A stretch of DNA of 64,000 nt from the IMG/VR virus record IMGVR_UViG_3300020325_000015. The stretch is one strand, 5' to 3'. Shown here in pieces: positions 57,901 to 64,000 of this stretch (position 1 is the stretch's first letter; each line of letters starts with the position of its first letter). A program made the translations under genes and the position numbers. The stretch is from an uncultured virus (IMG/VR IMGVR_UViG_3300020325_000015) (Duplodnaviria; Heunggongvirae; Uroviricota; Caudoviricetes). Below the pieces are notes generated by a model. The model did not search any database and was not told the DNA's origin. It saw only the letters and a program-made list of their open reading frames with translations.

Positions 57901-58935
57901 ATATAGCTTACGCATTGCACTTTGAGGTGTAGAATCTTCAGTATCAAGTTTAGGAATTCCTGTATATTTTTTTTGAAATTGACCTAAAGAAAGATTTTGC
58001 TGAGGCTCAAAGTTTAAAGAATCACCTAATGAATAATTATTACCTAAATCACCTGCCACACTGCTAGTGTTTAAAAAATCACCAAAATAACTATTATCTT
58101 GTTGTTTAGTTCGATCTAGCCTTGTTTCTATATTATCTTTTTCAATTTTTTGATTTTGTTCTGTAGCTGCTTGTCCGTCAGTTTTAGCAGTATTAGTTTT
58201 TTCTTTATTACTATCGAAAAAATTTTCAGTTGTCATACCTTCAGGAGTTTCAGTTGGTTTAGGACTCGCTTGTTCTCCTCTTGCTAATTGAGATGCAAAG
58301 TTTCTAAGATACTCATTTCTAGCCTTTCTTCTTTTTTTAATAAGAGCTTTTTCAGCTTTAACATTTGCATCAAATTCAGGAGTGCCATATTCAAGACCAC
58401 TTTTTCTAGCTCTTCTAAGAGCTTTTCTATTGTCTCTATTTTCTCTACGCCTTCCAGCTTTTGTTGTTCCAACAATAGGTTTATCTGAATCACTTGTAGC
58501 AGCTTTTTGTTCTTGCAATTTTTTATCCATTCTATTTCTAAAATCTAGAGCTGCTTTTTTATTCATTAATTTTTTATATTCAGAATCGCCAGCTTGTTTA
58601 GCTATATCACCAAATATTTTTGTATATTTGCTATTTGATTTTTTAACGCCACCACTAGATGTTTTTGCATTACCACTAGATTTTTTATTAGTATCAGTAG
58701 CTTTACCACCTAAACCACCTTCTTTTCTAACATAATAATCACCCATACCCTCTAAAGGGTTCTTTTTTATATCTGTTGGGTAACTAGTATTAGATGTATT
58801 TTGCGTTGCATTTTGTTTAGCCTCATAGGCAGCTCTTAATTTTCTTTTTGTTTCAACGGTGGGAGCACCATATTTATCATAGCCTTTTTTACCGGCCATA
58901 GCTGGATTTGTTCTAAGAATTGCTTCTAAACTCAT
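57880..58935 (-). CDS. low-complexity basic protein, putative internal virion protein
   Basis: 351 aa downstream of the giant gene. Confidence 0.55.
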   Translation of the reverse strand: MSLEAILRTNPAMAGKKGYDKYGAPTVETKRKLRAAYEAKQNATQNTSNTSYPTDIKKNPLEGMGDYYVRKEGGLGGKATDTNKKSSGNAKTSSGGVKKSNSKYTKIFGDIAKQAGDSEYKKLMNKKAALDFRNRMDKKLQEQKAATSDSDKPIVGTTKAGRRRENRDNRKALRRARKSGLEYGTPEFDANVKAEKALIKKRRKARNEYLRNFASQLARGEQASPKPTETPEGMTTENFFDSNKEKTNTAKTDGQAATEQNQKIEKDNIETRLDRTKQQDNSYFGDFLNTSSVAGDLGNNYSLGDSLNFEPQQNLSLGQFQKKYTGIPKLDTEDSTPQSAMRKLYNKKRGL

Positions 58936-58951
58936 AATTATTTATTTTATA

Positions 58952-61900
58952 TTAACTTACTTTTTGTTCTGCTTTATTAGCTTTTGCTTCCCATGGAAGC
59001 TTTGGATGGCCATCTTCATACTTTTTCCCATTATATATCACATGACCGTTTGTTCTTTTATATTTATTGTTTTTCCAATAAACATAGTCAGCATCATAAT
59101 TTAACTGACCTGATTTCATATCTTTAATATGTTGCTTCTCATGAGCTATTACCTTTTTTCTTTTTTCTTTTGGTAAGCCAGGTTTTATATCAATAGTACC
59201 ATCATTATTGGCTCTACCTAATACACCTTCGGGTAAATTTTTTTGTAAATTAGATCTACCTATTCTTCCTCTTTTTGTTCTTGTAGATATTTTTTTACCT
59301 GTTTGTCTAATATTTCTATTTGATTTTGTTTTATATTTAGGTGTTCTTAACTTAGAAGATTTTAAAAGATATTTTTGTAAAGCTTTTCTTTCTCTTTCTT
59401 GTTCTATTTCTTTATCTTTTAATCCTAAATCCCATTTATTATATCCTAACATTAAGGATATTCTTTGCCATACTTCAGTATCACTATCAACAGATGCTTT
59501 TAAGTTTTCCATTTTTCTTAATGCTCTATCTAAAGGTATATTAGCAACAGCAGATAATGTTTGTGCAGCTGCCATATATGCAGGATTATCTATTGATAAT
59601 GGACCTTCTTCACGCATTTTTTCAAGACTTTGTTTATACGTAAATGCTCTACCAGCAGATTGTAATTTTCTAAGTTTTGAATTAATAGGTGGTGACAATG
59701 TTGTTATCTCATTTGCAACTTTTTCATAGTTAGGTCTGCCACTTTGATATTCATCAATAGCTTTTACAACCATATTTTTAGCAGTAGCTACAGCGGCACC
59801 AGCAACACCAGCACCTCTAAGCAATGTATCTGCAATACCATTAGCAACTCGGCCATATTTTTCTTTTTCTTTTTCATCATCTTCTTCATCATCGAAGAGC
59901 ATTGAAAACATAGCTCCTTGTAATGCTGTAAATATTATATTTTGTACAGCTCCATAATATGCAAGTTTTGACAAATTAGTTTTCCAATCACCTCTGTTAT
60001 TTATTAAGTCTAAGGCTGCTTTTTTAGTCAATCTAGCATATTGCATAGGGGTGTTGGCAAAAGCCAATATAACGCGCCCTAAAGGGCTCGCTTGCTGCAT
60101 TGAAACTCTATCTGGCCGTGAAGATTGTTGAGACTCTTCTGTTATTTCTTTAAAATCAAGAAAAGCTTTTTCTTTTGCTTCAGTTTCAGATAATCCGTCT
60201 TGCTTATATTTATTAATTCTATTTCTATAAAAAGCTGCACCACCTATTGAAATAGCAAAACTATCTGCCATTTGTGTTGGTAAAAATCCTTTTTTAAGAA
60301 TATAAGAAAGAGCGGCACGTACTTTATTTTGTGATGTTTCAGCTGTTCTTGCAATTTCATCTGCATTTACATCTGTTTTTAATCCGGATCTTCTTGATTT
60401 TAAAAAGTCTGAATTAAAAATTTCTGCAAAATCTGACCAATATTGTTTTTGATTAGCAAAAGCTTGTGCTGCTTTTATAGGATTATTATCCGACCAATTT
60501 AAATAATTTACAGATGAAATAGTTTGCAATAATGCAGATCTTGTATTAAAGAACATTATAGTACCAACAGAATCATTAACCCAGTTCATAAATTGATTAG
60601 TTAATTTATTTGCACCTGTCGGTCTATTTCTTCCTGTTTTCATTCTATGTAGCATATCTTGCAAAGCTTCAACATAATTATCCCCGTATAAAGCTCGAAG
60701 TTTATTCATATTTTCTTTGCTATACACAATATCTACATTTTCTTGCCATTTTTCTAAAAACTTTTTTCTAGAAACTGTATTTGTATAATTAACTAAATCA
60801 GTTGTTATAGTTCCAGCAAGCCAATCACCTGTTGGTTCTGGATAACCATCAATAGTTAAACCTTGTATTTGATTTGCAAAAGCAAGTAATTCAGGGTTTG
60901 ATTCAACATGTTTTTTAAGAGCTTTAATGTCTTTTTTAGAAACACCTTCTGGTAATACTTTTTGTTTATCCCAAAGATATAATCTTATAGCATCTTCATT
61001 AGTAAAATCTCTTACAGCTTCTTTATTTAATTTAGCAGGAGTATTTTTAATTTTAGATTTTAAATCTTCCCATGCTTTTAACGCTACAATTTTAGCACTT
61101 TCATAGTTTTTAATACCTTCTGCATATGGATTTATAATGTTTTCTTTATACCATTCTAAATTTTTATCACCTGTTTTACCTTTACCAAGTGTTGGATATA
61201 TAAGGCCCATATAATCTTCAGCTGAATATGGTACAAAGAATTTAAAAGGATTATTCTTTTTACCTAGCTTAGCAGCTCTAGCGTCAGAATATCTAGCTTT
61301 AGAATCAACACCTTTAACTTCTTGAAGTATATCGTTAAAATCATCACTTAAACTTTGAGAGGCTTTTACTGACGATTCTGAAAGCTGGCCTGATTCATTT
61401 ACACTATAAGTTTCAGCAATAGTTTTACCATTTAATAATTTAATTTTTGTAGGATCTATACCATCGTCAAATAAAGCAACAGTGGGATTAAGGTATCTTT
61501 CAAGCCAACTGTTTTGAAATACTTTCCAGCCCTCGGGCATAGTTCTTTGATAACCAGCATTTGTAAGTTTTACGTCATCTGCTTTATCTAAAGCTAATAA
61601 TTTAAAATTATTTACAACAGCTGCATAATCTAAATTAAAATTTCTACTAGTATCTAAAATACTATCTAATAAATACATATAAGCACCCGTTTGAGGCATA
61701 GCATGCTCCCATTCAATTAATTTAAATTTACCTTTATCAGTTGTAAATCCAACTGGCTTAGTGCTATATCCTACAAATTGTGCACCTAATCTATTAGGGT
61801 GATTATCATTACTAGCAGATAATTTCATATATTGCGCAACTGTTATTGCGGCATTTGTTTTTTTATCTCCTTCAAGACTATTAATATATTTATCTAGTCT

Positions 61901-64000
61901 ATTCCACATTTCTTTATGAATAGTACCCCATTTTCTATTAAACGCTTGTATTTTACCTGATTTTATATTTTTTTCAATTGCAGGTACATTTTCACCTATT
62001 TCAGTATTATACTTTGCTGTATATTTAGTTATAGGTTTACCATCAAGCATAATTGGTTTACCAAAGTTTTTAAACTTTCTTAGCTTTTGTATTTCTTGAA
62101 TATAATATTTATTAATTTCTTTTCTTTCTTTCTCAGGAAGTCCTCTTTTAAAATTTAACTCTCTAGCACTAGCCCCAGATTTAGTAAATATAGTCATAGT
62201 ATCAGCGCCACTATGAAAGAAAAAATTATAATCAAATAAAGGTAATAAATTAGTTTTATAATTTGTTATTAACTTATCTATATCTTTTTTACTTTCTATG
62301 GGAGGAATATTTTTGTTTACATGTTTTTCTAATACCTTATTTACATCTCCCTTATATAACCTAAATTGTCTATCTAAATTAGTTGCAGGTTTTTCAAACT
62401 CAGCGGCATACATACTTTTACTAGCTAATACTATACCTGTTTTTTTCTTAAATTCACCTGCTGTAACAGGATCTTGTTTAGCAAATTCTATTCTTTCGGT
62501 ATCAGCTATATCTCGTGCTACTGCATTAATTAAAGATTTTTTTCTATCACTTTTAACACTAGCAGGTTTACCCGGCGCAATATCTTTTCCTTCATAATAA
62601 TCTATAAACTCTTGTCTAGTTGGAGGATTTTCTATACTCCAATTAGCTGCAGGACCTCCACCCATTTGGAAATCTATATAATTTAAAGCACTCGATGAAA
62701 GAACGTCGTAGTTTTTATTTAAAAAATTAGTAAAATCTTTAGATGTTTTAGTATTTTTACCAAACGTATCTCTAATAGTATTAAAAAGTTGCTTACCAAA
62801 AAGATCATTAAATGCTTTAGTTCTTTTCTTAATAAGCTGTTTATCAGTTCCTTTTTTGCCTTCTAAATCTTTCTGTGCTTTAATAGTGCCTAATTGAGCT
62901 AATTTTCTTTTAAACTCTTTAGTTAAATTTGGTATTATATCTCCTACAGATTTACCAATATCTATTTTAGCATCTGTTGTTTCTTTTTCTTTTACTTGCT
63001 TAGCTTCAGGTTTATCAATTTTATCTTCAACTTTTCTTTTTTCTCCTTCTTTAAATAAATCTTTTCTAGCATCTAATTTACCAAATCTTGTATTAGCAAA
63101 TATAAACTCTCCAAAACCTTCAGTACCAACTTTTGTACCATCCGCTCTTGTTTGTTCAGGATCAAATTTAACTAACCTTTCTGTAACATTGTCAATTATT
63201 CTATCTGCTTCTTCTTGGCTTTCAGCTCTACTTCTGATATAGTTATTTATAACATTATCTCTTTGAGTTAAAGATTCATATATACGATTAAATATTCTAG
63301 GGTTTTGAAAATCTTGTTTAGTTTTAACTGTTTTTGGAACTAAATTATTTATATCTTCTAAAACACTTTTAGATGCTTTTATAGTAGACTGTGTATCGCC
63401 TCTTAGCAGGCGTTGTAATTCTTCTCTTCTAGCTCTACTTTTAGGAGTAATATTAAATTCAGACTCAAATTCCTCTATTAAACGTAATTCATCATATAAA
63501 GGTTTTTGTTTTTCATCTTTTAATTGTTTTTGTAGCTCTTCTCTTCGAGCTTTGCTTTTAGGAGTAATTTTAAAATTAGCTTCTAATTCATCTATTGCTT
63601 GAAGTTCATCAAAAATACTTTTAGATTCTGTTGTTTTTGTTTTTTTAGTTTTTTTCTTTTTAGGTTTTTGTACAATTAAATCTCCTTCAAAACCCTCTAT
63701 AGCACCTCTTATTATAGATTGTCTAATACCACCTTTAGCAATATCAGCATTATAATCTTTTATAAAATTAAATACATCTTTACCGGTATTAAATTTTTTT
63801 CTAACTCCAAATGATTCTAATATTTGTCTTATAGTATTACCTATTTTTTGAAATACATTTTCATTATATTTAATATCTCCAGTAGCAACAGCATCAGCAA
63901 ATAAAGCTATAACTTCTTCAGCTTGTGTTTCTTGAGGCTTTTCTTTATATAATTCTAATCTTTTTCTAAACGTAGAATTTTCAACTTGGTTTATATCAAT
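58952..64000 (-). CDS. giant multidomain (polyvalent/ejection-type) protein, 5'-truncated by the window edge, >1680 aa
   Basis: frame read by hand is open from 64000 to the ORF-track ATG at 62665; C-terminal HEKQH zincin-like domain. Confidence 0.8.
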   Translation of the reverse strand: MDINQVENSTFRKRLELYKEKPQETQAEEVIALFADAVATGDIKYNENVFQKIGNTIRQILESFGVRKKFNTGKDVFNFIKDYNADIAKGGIRQSIIRGAIEGFEGDLIVQKPKKKKTKKTKTTESKSIFDELQAIDELEANFKITPKSKARREELQKQLKDEKQKPLYDELRLIEEFESEFNITPKSRARREELQRLLRGDTQSTIKASKSVLEDINNLVPKTVKTKQDFQNPRIFNRIYESLTQRDNVINNYIRSRAESQEEADRIIDNVTERLVKFDPEQTRADGTKVGTEGFGEFIFANTRFGKLDARKDLFKEGEKRKVEDKIDKPEAKQVKEKETTDAKIDIGKSVGDIIPNLTKEFKRKLAQLGTIKAQKDLEGKKGTDKQLIKKRTKAFNDLFGKQLFNTIRDTFGKNTKTSKDFTNFLNKNYDVLSSSALNYIDFQMGGGPAANWSIENPPTRQEFIDYYEGKDIAPGKPASVKSDRKKSLINAVARDIADTERIEFAKQDPVTAGEFKKKTGIVLASKSMYAAEFEKPATNLDRQFRLYKGDVNKVLEKHVNKNIPPIESKKDIDKLITNYKTNLLPLFDYNFFFHSGADTMTIFTKSGASARELNFKRGLPEKERKEINKYYIQEIQKLRKFKNFGKPIMLDGKPITKYTAKYNTEIGENVPAIEKNIKSGKIQAFNRKWGTIHKEMWNRLDKYINSLEGDKKTNAAITVAQYMKLSASNDNHPNRLGAQFVGYSTKPVGFTTDKGKFKLIEWEHAMPQTGAYMYLLDSILDTSRNFNLDYAAVVNNFKLLALDKADDVKLTNAGYQRTMPEGWKVFQNSWLERYLNPTVALFDDGIDPTKIKLLNGKTIAETYSVNESGQLSESSVKASQSLSDDFNDILQEVKGVDSKARYSDARAAKLGKKNNPFKFFVPYSAEDYMGLIYPTLGKGKTGDKNLEWYKENIINPYAEGIKNYESAKIVALKAWEDLKSKIKNTPAKLNKEAVRDFTNEDAIRLYLWDKQKVLPEGVSKKDIKALKKHVESNPELLAFANQIQGLTIDGYPEPTGDWLAGTITTDLVNYTNTVSRKKFLEKWQENVDIVYSKENMNKLRALYGDNYVEALQDMLHRMKTGRNRPTGANKLTNQFMNWVNDSVGTIMFFNTRSALLQTISSVNYLNWSDNNPIKAAQAFANQKQYWSDFAEIFNSDFLKSRRSGLKTDVNADEIARTAETSQNKVRAALSYILKKGFLPTQMADSFAISIGGAAFYRNRINKYKQDGLSETEAKEKAFLDFKEITEESQQSSRPDRVSMQQASPLGRVILAFANTPMQYARLTKKAALDLINNRGDWKTNLSKLAYYGAVQNIIFTALQGAMFSMLFDDEEDDEKEKEKYGRVANGIADTLLRGAGVAGAAVATAKNMVVKAIDEYQSGRPNYEKVANEITTLSPPINSKLRKLQSAGRAFTYKQSLEKMREEGPLSIDNPAYMAAAQTLSAVANIPLDRALRKMENLKASVDSDTEVWQRISLMLGYNKWDLGLKDKEIEQERERKALQKYLLKSSKLRTPKYKTKSNRNIRQTGKKISTRTKRGRIGRSNLQKNLPEGVLGRANNDGTIDIKPGLPKEKRKKVIAHEKQHIKDMKSGQLNYDADYVYWKNNKYKRTNGHVIYNGKKYEDGHPKLPWEAKANKAEQKVS

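Noticed and set aside
59208..59729. 173-aa plus-strand ORF and other antisense ORFs over structural genes
   Set aside because: Antisense shadows of long minus-strand genes, with no independent coding signal.
1..64000. Stop-codon reassignment as in some crAss-like phages
   Set aside because: Long genes are intact in the standard code with dense coupling, and no suppressor tRNA was seen.

Overview
The window holds most of a lytic, podovirus-type dsDNA phage genome with low GC. The host is inferred to be a marine Bacteroidota/Flavobacteriia cell: starts are AT-rich without Shine-Dalgarno motifs, and there are a BACON domain, a Gln-after-cleavage signal peptide and crAss-like/Cellulophaga-podovirus-like gene order. 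Two arms diverge from a very AT-rich intergenic region (~38560-39210). The left, minus-strand arm is late/structural: small Lys/Arg-rich proteins, GroEL/GroES, a modular tail-fibre cluster, lysis genes, terminase, portal, scaffold, major capsid, ring/muzzle and ejection proteins. The right, plus-strand arm is early/replication: small ORFs, a SAM-lyase-like gene, two tRNAs, ligase, a sigma70-like factor, Erf/exonuclease/SSB, primase-helicase, a thymidylate-synthase homologue, MazG-like genes, a resolvase and class I RNR. A giant minus-strand gene runs off the right edge and may join a gene start at the left edge. Main leads: (1) the thymidylate-synthase homologue has Asp at the Asn substrate-specificity position (GLPYD, not GxPFN), pointing to a dCMP methylase. 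It sits beside a GIY-YIG-like/MazG fusion and a second NTP pyrophosphatase, in a phage that also encodes a SAM lyase, which suggests a SAM-independent cytosine-modification/anti-restriction system. (2) Six copies of a bipartite TACGTTAC-N17-GATAATATA promoter-like motif. (3) Two blue-copper-type domains on virion proteins. (4) Structured RNAs between the tRNAs. (5) No recognisable DNA polymerase. All family calls come from motif recognition by eye; no searches were run.
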